A stretch of DNA of 64,000 bases from Victivallaceae bacterium (lineage in GTDB: Bacteria; Verrucomicrobiota; Lentisphaeria; Victivallales; Victivallaceae). The stretch is taken from NCBI GenBank assembly GCA_031549115.1, contig JAVBQJ010000071.1, forward strand, positions 7,451-71,450, written 5' to 3'. Below are positions 38,114 to 48,007 of the stretch, piece by piece. The notes under the pieces are model-generated. The model was not told where the DNA came from. It made no database searches and saw only the letters and a program-made list of their open reading frames with translations. The position numbers and the translations under genes were made by a program. Position 1 is the stretch's first letter, and each line of letters begins with the position of its first letter.

Positions 38114-39010
38114 ATGAATAGACCTTTGATCGTGGGAATCGGTGAACTTCTGTGGGATATGCTGCCGGACGGGCCTATGCCCGGAGGCGCTCCTGCTAAC
38201 TTCGCCTATCACGCCGACCGGCAGGGCGCGGACGGCGTGGTGGTCAGCGCGGTCGGCGACGATTCCGACGGCAAAGCGATCCTGGAGGCCGTGCGCGGCT
38301 TCGGGATGGCGACCGATTTCATTCAGATCACCAATGAAGCCCCGACCGGGAAATGTCTTGTCACCCTGGTCGACGACCAGCCGGAATATGAGATTGTGCA
38401 GCCCTCGGCGTGGGATTTCATCCACTGGACGCCGGAACTGGAGCTGTTGTCGCAGCGGTCGAACGCGGTCTGTTTCGGGACGCTCGGCCAGCGCGGCACG
38501 GTTTCGGGCGAAACCATCCGCAAGTTCCTGGCGGCGCTGCCGCCGAAGTGCCCGCGGGTGCTCGATTTGAACCTGCGGCAGCAGTTTTACAGCAAGGAAT
38601 TGATTCATGAATCGCTGAAGCTGGCGAATATTCTCAAGCTCAACGAAGCCGAAATGACCGTTTGCCGCAAGCTGCTCGGATTGTCCGGCGCGGCGGCCGA
38701 GGGAGCCTACACGCTGATCGAGCGTTACCGCTTGAGCGCGGTGATTCTGACCAAGGGGGCGAAAGGCAGCAGTTATTACGACAAGGAAACCTGCTTCGAT
38801 CTGCCGAATCGCGACGGGACGGCGGACACGGTGGACACGGTCGGCTGCGGCGACGCGTTTACGGCGGCGTTTCTGACCGCGCGTATTCTCGGCTGCGATG
38901 CTTTCGACGCGGTGTCGCATGCGGCCGAGGTCGCCGGGTATGTCGCCTGCTGTCCGGGGGCGACGCCGGAAATTCCCGAAGAACTGCGGATCACGGAGGA
39001 TGCGGAATGA
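38114..39010 (+). CDS. PfkB family carbohydrate kinase (fructokinase / ketohexokinase-like)
   Basis: N-terminal GELLWDMLPDG...GGAPANFA. C-terminal DTVGCGDAF (PfkB signature 2). ATG at 38114. The ORF track start at 37895 extends into the hrpA promoter region. Confidence 0.8.
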   Translation: MNRPLIVGIGELLWDMLPDGPMPGGAPANFAYHADRQGADGVVVSAVGDDSDGKAILEAVRGFGMATDFIQITNEAPTGKCLVTLVDDQPEYEIVQPSAWDFIHWTPELELLSQRSNAVCFGTLGQRGTVSGETIRKFLAALPPKCPRVLDLNLRQQFYSKELIHESLKLANILKLNEAEMTVCRKLLGLSGAAAEGAYTLIERYRLSAVILTKGAKGSSYYDKETCFDLPNRDGTADTVDTVGCGDAFTAAFLTARILGCDAFDAVSHAAEVAGYVACCPGATPEIPEELRITEDAE

Positions 39011-40962
39011 GCGAAGCGCCTTTTTATTTAACCACCCCGATTTATTATGTCAACGACAAGCCGCATATCGGTCACGCATATACCACGATTCTCGCGGATG
39101 TGCTGGCGCGTTATCACCGTTCGCTCGGCGAACCGACCTTCTTTCTGACCGGGACCGACGAACACGGGCAGAAGGTGCAAAAGGCGGCGACGGAGCGGGG
39201 CATCACGCCGCAGGAGCAGTGCGATACCACGGTGGTGCGCTTCCAGGAGCTGTGGGAGCGGCTGGAGATCACCAACGACCGCTTCATCCGTACCACGGAG
39301 CCGTCTCACAAAAAGGTGGTGCAGGAGGTCCTGCAGGATCTCTATGACCGCGACCTGATTTACAAGGCCGAATACATCGGTCACTACTGCATCGGCTGCG
39401 AACGCTTTTTCACCGCCAAGGATCTGGTCGACGGCAAGTGCCCCGAATGCAACCGTGATGTCGCCGAGATTCTGGAGTCGAATTACTTTTTTCGGATGAG
39501 CCGGTACCAGGATTGGCTGATCGACTACATTCAGACGCATCCGGAATTCATCCAGCCCGCGTTCCGCGCCAACGAAACGCTCGGATTTTTGCGGCAGCCG
39601 CTGGGGGATCTGTGCATCAGCCGGCCGAAATCGCGGCTGAGCTGGGGGATCGAACTGCCGTTCGCCACCGATTATGTCTGTTACGTGTGGTTCGACGCGC
39701 TGATCAACTATATCTCCGGGATCGGTTACCGGCAGGACGACGAACTCTTCCGCAAGTGGTGGCCGGCGAATTATCATCTGATCGGCAAGGATATTCTGAC
39801 CACGCACACGGTGTACTGGCCGACGATGCTTCAGGCGATGAATCTGCCGCTGCCCAAAACGATTTTTGCGCACGGCTGGTGGTTGACCGGCCGGGACAAG
39901 ATGTCCAAGTCGCTCGGCAACGTGATCAATCCGATGGATATGATCGCGAAGTGCGGCGTCGACGCTTTCCGCTATTACCTGATGGCGGAGATGTCGCCGG
40001 GGAGCGATGCCAGTTTCACCGAAGCGGGATTTGTCAGCCGCTACAATTGCGATCTGGCCAACGACCTCGGCAACCTGACCAGCCGGGTGGTGAAAATGGT
40101 GCTGCGCAACGCCGGCGGCGTGATTCCGCGGCCGGGCGAGTTGAATGACGACGACCGGGAATTGCTGGACGCGGTCCGGGCCGCGACGCGGGAGATGCCC
40201 GAGGCGATTCATGCGATGAAGATCGACCAGGGCCTCGACAGCGCGCTGAACGCGGTGCGGGCGGGCAACCGTTATCTCGAGAAGACCGCGCCGTGGACCC
40301 TGGCGAAGCAGGGCAATACCGAGCGGCTGCATACGGTGCTGTATTGCACGGCGGAAACGCTGCGCCGGATTTCGGTGCTGTTGCAGCCGGTGATGCCGCG
40401 CAAGATGGCGGAGCTGCGCCGGATCCTCGGTTTGCCGGAGGCGGAATGCGAAACCAGCCGGATCGCCGATCTGGCCGATGAAAGCAACGTGCTGAGCGGT
40501 CTGGCCATGCAGGATTCCGAGGGGCTGTTCCCGCGGGTGCTGATCGAAGTGGAAGATACTCCGGCGGCGGCCGAAGCGCCGAAACCGGCGGCAAAGACGC
40601 CGGCTTCGCAGAAGAGCGAAGCGGCCCCCGAAGGGGTGCAGCTGATCAACTTCGCCGATTTCAGCCGGGTTCAGTTGAAGACCGCGAAGGTGCTGGAGGC
40701 CGAAAAGGTCGAGGGCGCCGACAAGCTGCTGAAGTTGCAGATCGACGTCGGCGGCGAGCGGCGCCAGCTGGTGGCCGGGGTGGCATTGTACTATACGCCG
40801 GAGCAGATGGTGGGAAAGACGATCGTGATCGTCAGCAACCTCGAGCCGGCGAAAATCCGTAAAATCGAATCGCAGGGCATGCTGCTGGCCGCCAAGGTCG
40901 GCAATGAACTGCGCCTGATCACGACCGACGGCGAAATCGCCTCTGGGGCCGGGGTCGGCTGA
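39007..40962 (+). CDS. metG: Methionyl-tRNA synthetase with C-terminal tRNA-binding (EMAP/Trbp111-like) domain
   Basis: YLTTPIYYVNDKPHIGHAYT (HIGH motif). Zinc knuckle CPECNRD. KMSKS motif. C-terminal FSRVQLKTAKVLEAEKVEGADKLLKLQIDVGGERRQLVAG. ATGA overlap with the kinase stop. The ORF track start at 38662 is inside the kinase gene. Confidence 0.9.
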   Translation: MSEAPFYLTTPIYYVNDKPHIGHAYTTILADVLARYHRSLGEPTFFLTGTDEHGQKVQKAATERGITPQEQCDTTVVRFQELWERLEITNDRFIRTTEPSHKKVVQEVLQDLYDRDLIYKAEYIGHYCIGCERFFTAKDLVDGKCPECNRDVAEILESNYFFRMSRYQDWLIDYIQTHPEFIQPAFRANETLGFLRQPLGDLCISRPKSRLSWGIELPFATDYVCYVWFDALINYISGIGYRQDDELFRKWWPANYHLIGKDILTTHTVYWPTMLQAMNLPLPKTIFAHGWWLTGRDKMSKSLGNVINPMDMIAKCGVDAFRYYLMAEMSPGSDASFTEAGFVSRYNCDLANDLGNLTSRVVKMVLRNAGGVIPRPGELNDDDRELLDAVRAATREMPEAIHAMKIDQGLDSALNAVRAGNRYLEKTAPWTLAKQGNTERLHTVLYCTAETLRRISVLLQPVMPRKMAELRRILGLPEAECETSRIADLADESNVLSGLAMQDSEGLFPRVLIEVEDTPAAAEAPKPAAKTPASQKSEAAPEGVQLINFADFSRVQLKTAKVLEAEKVEGADKLLKLQIDVGGERRQLVAGVALYYTPEQMVGKTIVIVSNLEPAKIRKIESQGMLLAAKVGNELRLITTDGEIASGAGVG

Positions 40963-40976
40963 CACGGAGTGGTTCG

Positions 40977-42194
40977 GTGAACAGCTGGCGGCGGAATCTG
41001 TTCTGGGTCTGGGCGTCGCTGTTTCTGGCCATGGCCGGATTCGGCTTCGCTTATCCGGTACTGCCGTTCTTCCTGGTGGACGGCTATGGCGTGACCGATC
41101 CGGGGACGCGGGATTTTTTCGTCGCGATGTTCGCCTTTGCCGGTAACTTCGGCTTCCTGTTGTTTTCGCCGTTGTGGGGGCGCCTGGCCGACCATTATGG
41201 GCGAAAGATGATGATGACCCGCGCCAATGCCTGCTCGGCGGTGCTGCTGCCGCTGATTGCGGTCATGCCGGGGCCGTGGTGGCTGGTGAGTTTGCGTTTC
41301 TGCATCGGTGCCTTTGCCGGGGTGGCGTCGGCGGCGCTGACGCTGGTGGCGTGTTCGACGCCGGAAAAGCATCGCGGCATGGCGATGGGGGCGATCAGCT
41401 CGGCGATCTTCTCCGGCAATCTGGCCGGGACGGTGGCGGGCGGCTTCTGCGCCAGCGCGTTTGGCTATAGCGCCACATTCGGCTGCTGCGGCGCCATCAT
41501 GCTGGTGGCGGCTTTTATCTCTCTGACGCTGGTCGAAGAGCGCAATCGTCCGGTACGGCCGGCGGCGCCGGTCCAACTGCTGCCGCGGTGGCACATTCCG
41601 CGCCTGGGCAAAATCTGGTATTTGATGCTGTTGATGCTGGCGATGGGGTACGTGCAGCAGGTGGACGGGCCGTTCCTGCCGATCCTGGTGGATCTGGTGC
41701 TGCAGTCGGATTCGTCCGAGGCGTTGCGCTGGAGCGGGATACTCGGCGGCGCCTGTGCGGCGGCGGGGATTGCGGGGGGCTTCCTGATCGGGATGTGCGC
41801 CGATCGCTTCGCGGGGGACAAGGTGGGATTGGTGATCTGCATCGCGGGGGCGGTGTTCATGCTGCCGCAGGCGTTCTGCGGGTCATTGGGGTGGCTTTTC
41901 GGGGAACGGATGCTGATGACCTTTTTCGTCAGCGGCTTGAGTCCGATCACGCAGAGCTGGCTGTCGTTGACGACGCGGGCGGAGGATCGCGGTTCCTACT
42001 TCGGTTATGCGACCAGCTTCCGGGCGTTGGGGTGGCTGGCGGGGGGTGTCGGCGGGATGGCGGTGACGTATTGGTGCGGGACGCGGGCGGTGTTCGCGTC
42101 GGCGGCACTGAGCCTGCTGCTGATGGCCGCATTGCTCCACTGGGTGCAGAAAAAACTGCCATTCCCACTATTGCGCAAAAAAATAAAAAATTGA
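40977..42194 (+). CDS. MFS transporter
   Basis: Twelve predicted transmembrane segments. MFS signature-like GRLADHYGRK between TM2 and TM3. Confidence 0.8.
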   Translation: MNSWRRNLFWVWASLFLAMAGFGFAYPVLPFFLVDGYGVTDPGTRDFFVAMFAFAGNFGFLLFSPLWGRLADHYGRKMMMTRANACSAVLLPLIAVMPGPWWLVSLRFCIGAFAGVASAALTLVACSTPEKHRGMAMGAISSAIFSGNLAGTVAGGFCASAFGYSATFGCCGAIMLVAAFISLTLVEERNRPVRPAAPVQLLPRWHIPRLGKIWYLMLLMLAMGYVQQVDGPFLPILVDLVLQSDSSEALRWSGILGGACAAAGIAGGFLIGMCADRFAGDKVGLVICIAGAVFMLPQAFCGSLGWLFGERMLMTFFVSGLSPITQSWLSLTTRAEDRGSYFGYATSFRALGWLAGGVGGMAVTYWCGTRAVFASAALSLLLMAALLHWVQKKLPFPLLRKKIKN

Positions 42195-42212
42195 AAATAA
42201 AAAGAAGAAAAT

Positions 42213-42443
42213 AAAAAAAATAGAGCCGCGAAGCGGCGGTTTTGCACTCCGTCATACGGAGGCGCGGTCCAGCGGCGAATACGCTGGTCGATCCCAGAAG
42301 GGATCGAAATCCAGGGAAGGATCGCCGGGAGGCGATCCGGAGCCACCCGAGGAAGCGATGGTATAGATTTGACCGGACGCGTGAGCAACGGTCAAATCTA
42401 TACACGGAGCGTACGAGGCGCCGCACCGGCGGCGAATAATCCC
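42213..42443 (+). repeat. Family B repeat, copy 3
   Basis: aaaaaaaaTAGAGCCGCgaagcGGCGGTtTTGCACTCCGTCATACGGAGGCGCGGTCCAGCggcgaatacgctggtcgat...gccacccgaggaagcgatggtatagatttgaccg...cggtcaaatctatacacggagcgtacgaggcgccgc. Lies between the convergent MFS and DUF4838-like genes. Confidence 0.6.
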
Positions 42444-44717
42444 CTATCGCTTCTTCAACACGATCCGCTCGATCCAGACGGCATTCCCGTCATCCGGCTT
42501 GCCGAACGGGTACGCCGGACCGGTGAATTTGACGCTGACCCACAATTCGCAGACATCGTCGCCAACGGCGTCGGCGACGACGGCATTGAGCGGAAATTGC
42601 ACCGTCCAATCACGGGTGAAGTAGACATAGGCGCTCGGCTGCGGCCGGATGTCGGCGACCTTGTACCAGTGATAACCGGGCCCCGGAACTTCGGCGGCGG
42701 CGATGGAGCGGCCGCCGGAGGTTTGCTCGGTCAGCGGCACATACATCGCACCGGCAAGCGGCAGTTCGTTGTCGCGCGGAACCTTGACCGCGCAACCGGC
42801 TTCGGCGTCGGCGTCACTGACGACACGGAGGCCGCCGTACAATTGCGATTGGTCGGCAGGCAGGTCGATATAATCCTGCCCGGCGAACTTCGAAGGCGCC
42901 CGGAAGGGGGTATATTCCATTCCGGAAACCAATTCATATTCGACATTGGCCTGCTGCTGGTAGTGCGCCTGTTTGGCCGGGTCGACGATGGTGCGGATGG
43001 CCTGCGTCCAGGTGTCATGCGCCCGTTTGGCGATGATGTCGCGCTGCAGCGGGCAACTTTCCGGCGTCCCGCCCGTCAGTTCGACGTATCCGGCGATCAA
43101 CCGGCGCAGGTTCAGCGAACAGATGCGGTCGAGATTCAGCCGAGCGCGGCGAACGCGCTCGAACAGCACCGGGTCACCGGCGACCGCGGCCTCGGCGTCG
43201 TCGAAGAGCTGCTGCGACCGGAGCGCGACCGGATAATCGACATGGGTGAACGCCGACGGACCGGCGAACCAGCCGATGTTGCTCCCGTGACGATTGACCG
43301 ACTCCCGGAGCAGTTGCCGATACGCGTCGATCATCGGCGCCGCGGCGCCGTAATACCCTTGCAGAAACGTCCGGTAAAGCGCGTCGAAGTCGGCGTCGGG
43401 GTTTTCCATCAATTTGGCTTCGAGCCACACATTCAACGCGTGCATGTCGGCGCACTCCGGGGATTCATGCTCGAAGAAAAGATACTGAACTTGGTTGTCC
43501 TGGTAGGTACGGATATTTTCCGCCAGCGTGAATTCGTGCGGGAAGGGGCCGGTCGGAAGCATGTAAGTGATCGAATAATCCCAGATTCCGAGCTGCGCGG
43601 CGTGCTCGGACCAGCCGCACAAAAGCTCGAGAAACGCACGATTTTCCGGGGCGGAAAACGACTGCGCCTGGTTGGTCGCGGTGTCGCACAGCCGAATGAT
43701 GACATTGTCGGCGGCCCGGAGGGAAGCGGGGACTTTTTCGGTGTGATAATATGCGAGTGTGCTCAACATCAATTCCGGGCGGAATGCTTTCAAGCGCGCC
43801 GCCATATCGTTGACGCATTCGAGCAATGGGCCCGCTTCGGAATCCTCGCGCAGCACGATGGCCTGGCAGTCGGCACACTGGCACGGATTGCGGGCATCGT
43901 TGGCGGAGAGGTCGTAAATCAACGGCGGCGGGGTGCCGCCGGCCTCTGCCTGCGCTTCATCGGCGCGGATGAACTCCTGCAGACGGCGGAACATTTCGTC
44001 GCGCATCGCCGGATTGACAAGACACAACTGCGAGGTCGGTCCCGGCGTGCGCACGCCATTGCGCAACGCATAATATTCCGGGTGTTCGGCGAAATATTTC
44101 TCCTGCGGGAAATACGGATCGAACGTATGCACGAAGTACGGTGCGCCGTAGGTGACGCTGCCGCCGAACTCCGCACCGATGGCCTGGTCGCCGTCGCGGT
44201 TGAGACGGTTCCGGGCGGCGAAACGGCCACCGTCCGGGATCATATTGTTCCAGCTGCGATAGATGTCGCGCTGCCGGAAGTACGGCTGCCCGGCGAGCTC
44301 CAGCCCGGGCAGGGTGAAACCGGCCGGATGCGCCGGTACGCTCTCCTCCTGCTGCGTCCACCAATGTATGCCGAGCACATCCTCAAGGAAGTGATAAACC
44401 GCATACAGACTGCCGCGGGAGCCGCCGCCGACGAGCAGGATATTACTCCCGGAACTGCGGACGATCCAGCTTTCTTCGGGCATCCCGGCCACATCGATTC
44501 CGGCATTGCGCGCGGCATCGCCGTTGCCAATGAAGAAAACAGCCTCTTCTCCGGTGGCGGTTTTCAGCGTATCGCCGACCGACGCTTTCAGATAATGCTC
44601 CAGCTCCCGGGCTGCGGTCTGCTCGACCGCGGTCGGTTGTTCCGGAAGCACAATCTCCCACGCCATCGCAGCGCTGCCGAGCAGCATGAGGCCCAATATT
44701 CCAGATACGATCCGCAT
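42444..44717 (-). CDS. Secreted putative glycoside hydrolase, DUF4838-like (tentative)
   Basis: Signal peptide MRIVSGILGLMLLGSAAMA. N-terminus WEIVLPEQPTAVEQTAARELEHYL resembles the conserved start of DUF4838 proteins (recalled from memory). 757 aa. Immediately downstream of a DUF1559 gene, 10-bp gap. Confidence 0.55.
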   Translation of the reverse strand: MRIVSGILGLMLLGSAAMAWEIVLPEQPTAVEQTAARELEHYLKASVGDTLKTATGEEAVFFIGNGDAARNAGIDVAGMPEESWIVRSSGSNILLVGGGSRGSLYAVYHFLEDVLGIHWWTQQEESVPAHPAGFTLPGLELAGQPYFRQRDIYRSWNNMIPDGGRFAARNRLNRDGDQAIGAEFGGSVTYGAPYFVHTFDPYFPQEKYFAEHPEYYALRNGVRTPGPTSQLCLVNPAMRDEMFRRLQEFIRADEAQAEAGGTPPPLIYDLSANDARNPCQCADCQAIVLREDSEAGPLLECVNDMAARLKAFRPELMLSTLAYYHTEKVPASLRAADNVIIRLCDTATNQAQSFSAPENRAFLELLCGWSEHAAQLGIWDYSITYMLPTGPFPHEFTLAENIRTYQDNQVQYLFFEHESPECADMHALNVWLEAKLMENPDADFDALYRTFLQGYYGAAAPMIDAYRQLLRESVNRHGSNIGWFAGPSAFTHVDYPVALRSQQLFDDAEAAVAGDPVLFERVRRARLNLDRICSLNLRRLIAGYVELTGGTPESCPLQRDIIAKRAHDTWTQAIRTIVDPAKQAHYQQQANVEYELVSGMEYTPFRAPSKFAGQDYIDLPADQSQLYGGLRVVSDADAEAGCAVKVPRDNELPLAGAMYVPLTEQTSGGRSIAAAEVPGPGYHWYKVADIRPQPSAYVYFTRDWTVQFPLNAVVADAVGDDVCELWVSVKFTGPAYPFGKPDDGNAVWIERIVLKKR

Positions 44718-44727
44718 TTTTGTCCCT

Positions 44728-45483
44728 TCAGTTGGTGAAGCTCTGCGGCAACCGGTTCATGCCCTGATCGAAGTAGACCGCGGCCGTGATCCAGTTCCAG
44801 TCCGCATCCGGACGCCATTTGCCACTCTTGGGCAGCGTTTTCAACTCTTCGCCGGAGATGACGCCGACGTGGCCGTCAATAAACGCGATGTTGATTTTGT
44901 TGTTGTGTGCCGCATAAAAGCTCGGGTGGGTCCACCAGTAAATAATACCGCTGCCGCGGAAACCTCCGCCCATCGGTTGCAGCGCATCGGTTACCATCCA
45001 ATAGCCGGAAGGGTTTTCCGGGGCAGATGCGGCGATACTATGCATCTGGACGTTTCCTCCGGGACTTCCCTGGGTGAAGTTTTTATCAAGGGCATTGGTC
45101 GCATACTGGTCATAATATTTGTCCGGTTTGGCAGGGACGCTGACCTGGTTGGGGCAACGGACCAACGTACTGTCCATGTCTGCCGGCAGGTAATTCAATG
45201 TCAGACTGCCGGCGACCCAGGTGTTGATCTTGTTTTCCCACATGTCGTTGCCGTAAATCTGCATCCAGTAGTATTCGGGACCACCGATGTAGGTCAGAAT
45301 CTGATCATTGTTGTCGACGCTGTACAACATGAATCCCTGCATGATCTGCTTCTGGTTGTTGACGCATTTGATCGCCTGCGCCGCCGCCCGCGCTTTGGAC
45401 AGCGCCGGCAGCAGCATGCTGGCTAGGATTGCAATAATTGCAATCACGACGAGCAGTTCGATAAGTGTGAAAGTTTTTTTCAT
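44728..45483 (-). CDS. DUF1559 family prepilin-like protein
   Basis: [42 protein letters not shown]-terminal [14 protein letters not shown]. Confidence 0.85.
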   Translation of the reverse strand: MKKTFTLIELLVVIAIIAILASMLLPALSKARAAAQAIKCVNNQKQIMQGFMLYSVDNNDQILTYIGGPEYYWMQIYGNDMWENKINTWVAGSLTLNYLPADMDSTLVRCPNQVSVPAKPDKYYDQYATNALDKNFTQGSPGGNVQMHSIAASAPENPSGYWMVTDALQPMGGGFRGSGIIYWWTHPSFYAAHNNKINIAFIDGHVGVISGEELKTLPKSGKWRPDADWNWITAAVYFDQGMNRLPQSFTN

Positions 45484-45526
45484 GATTCCGCTCCTTTTAG
45501 TTACGGTTGTTATGATGACTTGTGTA

Positions 45527-46717
45527 TTATGGATTCAACGGCAGGGTGTCCTGCGCGGTGATGTGGCGATCCTGATCGGTGAAACGGATGTCGATGGCCT
45601 TCGGCGCCAGCGTGACGGCGGTACCGGTATAATGGGCCATGTCCTTGCCGGGGAGGGAGCCCACGACCACCGGACACGGCTGGCCGAGATGATCGCGTGC
45701 TTCGCCCGGGCGGGTGACGTACAGGTCATGCATGTGGCCGCTGAGCATCAGCTGCGGCCGGACCTGTTCCCGGAGCAGGCGGCACCATTCGGCGTAAATG
45801 TCTTGCTCGATATCGAAAGGCGCCGGGGCGACCTCCGAAAACGGCACGTGGGAAATCACCAGCCGGTATTGCACGCCGGGGGCCAGATATTCGCGGTCGG
45901 CATCGGCGATGACCCGTTTCAGAAATTCGGTTTCGCGCTGCCGGAAGGCGTGACAGGCGATGGTATTGCCGTATTCCGGGCTGGTGTCGGCCTTGTCTTC
46001 GCCGCAGTCGAGTACGATACCCCAGACCGGACCGACGCGAAAGGTGAAGTAGGAGTTGCCGTTTGATGTCGGCGTGTGCTCCGCCAGTTTTTCCGCATGA
46101 ACGCCGCGCATATCGTGATTGCCGCGCGAGAACACCGCCGGAATCTCCCCCTTGGTGATCTGCCCGGCAATCGCGTGAATCGTGGCGAAGTTGCGGATAT
46201 CGCCGCCGTCTTCGGGAGTGTCGCCATTGAGAATCAACAGATCCAGTTCGCCGGCAAGATACCCCGCCGCCGCGACCGGCGCTTCCACCCGGTTATGGGC
46301 ATCGGCGATATGGTAGATATGAACGGTATCCCCGGAGACCGGGCGGAAGTCGAAGCCGAGTTCCCGGACTTCGCCGGTTTTGGAAAAATACGGCAGCCGC
46401 TCTTCCACTTCGCGGTAGCGGATGGTGTAATGCCGGGCGGCGTCAAGCTCCTTCATCGGCACGGTCATCCGGTGGGTGGTGGTCTCGGAGCGCAGAATAC
46501 CGCAGGAGTCGTCGAAGTACTCTTTGCCGTTGACCTCGCACCACATCAGCGTCTCCTTATTCACCGGCACCAGAATCTGGTATTCGTCGCCGACAGCGTA
46601 CACAACCGGATAGGTGGCGAAGGTCTCCTGCGGCAACGCAGGAGCGGCAACGAGCGCGCCGGACACGCCAAACAGAAGGACGAACAGCAGTTGTATTTTT
46701 TTCATTTTCAGCTCCAT
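45527..46717 (-). CDS. Secreted metallophosphoesterase (calcineurin-like / purple acid phosphatase-like)
   Basis: Signal peptide. Metal-ligand motifs [19 protein letters not shown] (GNHD), and MLSGHMHD (GH..H). Confidence 0.75.
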   Translation of the reverse strand: MELKMKKIQLLFVLLFGVSGALVAAPALPQETFATYPVVYAVGDEYQILVPVNKETLMWCEVNGKEYFDDSCGILRSETTTHRMTVPMKELDAARHYTIRYREVEERLPYFSKTGEVRELGFDFRPVSGDTVHIYHIADAHNRVEAPVAAAGYLAGELDLLILNGDTPEDGGDIRNFATIHAIAGQITKGEIPAVFSRGNHDMRGVHAEKLAEHTPTSNGNSYFTFRVGPVWGIVLDCGEDKADTSPEYGNTIACHAFRQRETEFLKRVIADADREYLAPGVQYRLVISHVPFSEVAPAPFDIEQDIYAEWCRLLREQVRPQLMLSGHMHDLYVTRPGEARDHLGQPCPVVVGSLPGKDMAHYTGTAVTLAPKAIDIRFTDQDRHITAQDTLPLNP

Positions 46718-46727
46718 GGGTTCCGGT

Positions 46728-47801
46728 TTATCGCAGCGAAAACGGTTTGGCCGGGGCGGCGCCGGTGGATTCGCGCACCACCAGATTGGCCTTCAGCAAT
46801 ACCTGGTTGGGGATGTGGTCCCAGTCGGGTTTCTCCAATTGATGCAGCAACAGCTGCCACGCCGCCTGCGCCGACTCCGCCTGCCGCATGTCGATGCTGG
46901 TGAGAGTGATATGATTGTATTCGGCGATCAGCATATTATCCGAACCGATCACCGAGATGTCCTTCGGCACCTGGGCTCCGAGCTCCTGCAGCCCACGCAG
47001 CAGGCCGAATGCGAGCAGGTCATTCTGGCATTGGATGGCGGTGACCCTGGGTTTGCACTCGAACAGGGTTCGCGCCGCCCGGTAGCCGTCCTCGATCATG
47101 CCCTCGCCGCGCCGGCTCCGGCACACGAACGCCGGATCCCAGTCGGTAACGCCGTACTCCCGCAGCGTCTGCAGGATGATCTGGTGCGACTGGTTGTTGG
47201 CGCTGTCATTGTCGCCGGATACGGTATGGGCGATATGGCGGTGTCCCTGCGACAGCAGCATCCGCAATCCGGCCTGCACCGCGGTGAGGTTATCGACCTG
47301 AACGGTAAACAGACCCGGGTGTGTTTCCATATCCTGCGGGGGGCCGATCACCACCAGCGGCCGTTGCGTCGCCAGCAGCCGTTCGATCGCCGGGGCCACC
47401 GTCTGAAAGCAGCTCAGGTACGCCGCCACAGCGGCATAATCATTCTGAACGATGTGTTCAAAGGTCTGGCGTTGCCCTTCGGCGTCCGCCGGCAACTCCA
47501 GCAGCACCACCTGGTAGCCGTCCGGGGTGCATTGCGCTTTGAAGGTCTCGATCAGCGAATACTGGTTGGTCACATCCAGCCGCGGCAATACCAGCGCCAC
47601 CTGTTTGCTGTGCCCCACCTTCAGCGACACCGCGGCCTGGTTCGGCATGTAACCCATGTCGGCAGCCAGCTTCTGGATGCGTTCCCGGGTTTCGGCTTTG
47701 ATCCGGGGCAGGTTGCGCAAAGCCATGCTCACGGTCGCATGACTCAGCTGCGCCTCTCGGGCAATGTCGTAAATCGTTACCGCCACTTTGACCGACCCCA
47801 T
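46728..47801 (-). CDS. LacI family transcriptional regulator
   Basis: N-terminal helix-turn-helix TIYDIAREAQLSHATVSMALRN, followed by a periplasmic-binding-protein-like sugar-binding domain. Leads the phosphoesterase/pseudopilin/DUF4838-like operon. Confidence 0.85.
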   Translation of the reverse strand: MGSVKVAVTIYDIAREAQLSHATVSMALRNLPRIKAETRERIQKLAADMGYMPNQAAVSLKVGHSKQVALVLPRLDVTNQYSLIETFKAQCTPDGYQVVLLELPADAEGQRQTFEHIVQNDYAAVAAYLSCFQTVAPAIERLLATQRPLVVIGPPQDMETHPGLFTVQVDNLTAVQAGLRMLLSQGHRHIAHTVSGDNDSANNQSHQIILQTLREYGVTDWDPAFVCRSRRGEGMIEDGYRAARTLFECKPRVTAIQCQNDLLAFGLLRGLQELGAQVPKDISVIGSDNMLIAEYNHITLTSIDMRQAESAQAAWQLLLHQLEKPDWDHIPNQVLLKANLVVRESTGAAPAKPFSLR

Positions 47802-47815
47802 GCTGTTTACAGAAA

Positions 47816-47963
47816 GTTAATCGAGTAAATTATGTTTGAGAATATTATAGCAAACAAAGCTCCCATTGTCAAGAGTAGTTATGAAAAAAAGTGCTTTTTT
47901 TATTGTTTTTTGATAAAATCCCGAATTTGTGGTTGTAAACCTGGTGTTAATCGAGTAAATTAT
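47816..47963. promoter_or_regulatory. Divergent LacI / GH36 control region with two direct copies of GTTAATCGAGTAAATTAT
   Basis: Copies at 47816..47833, immediately upstream of the lacI-family start, and at 47946..47963, immediately upstream of the GH36 start. Both are in AT-rich promoter-like sequence. Confidence 0.5.
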
Positions 47964-48007
47964 AATTGAAAACAGTAACACTTGAAAATGGGGAACAGAA
48001 TCGTATT

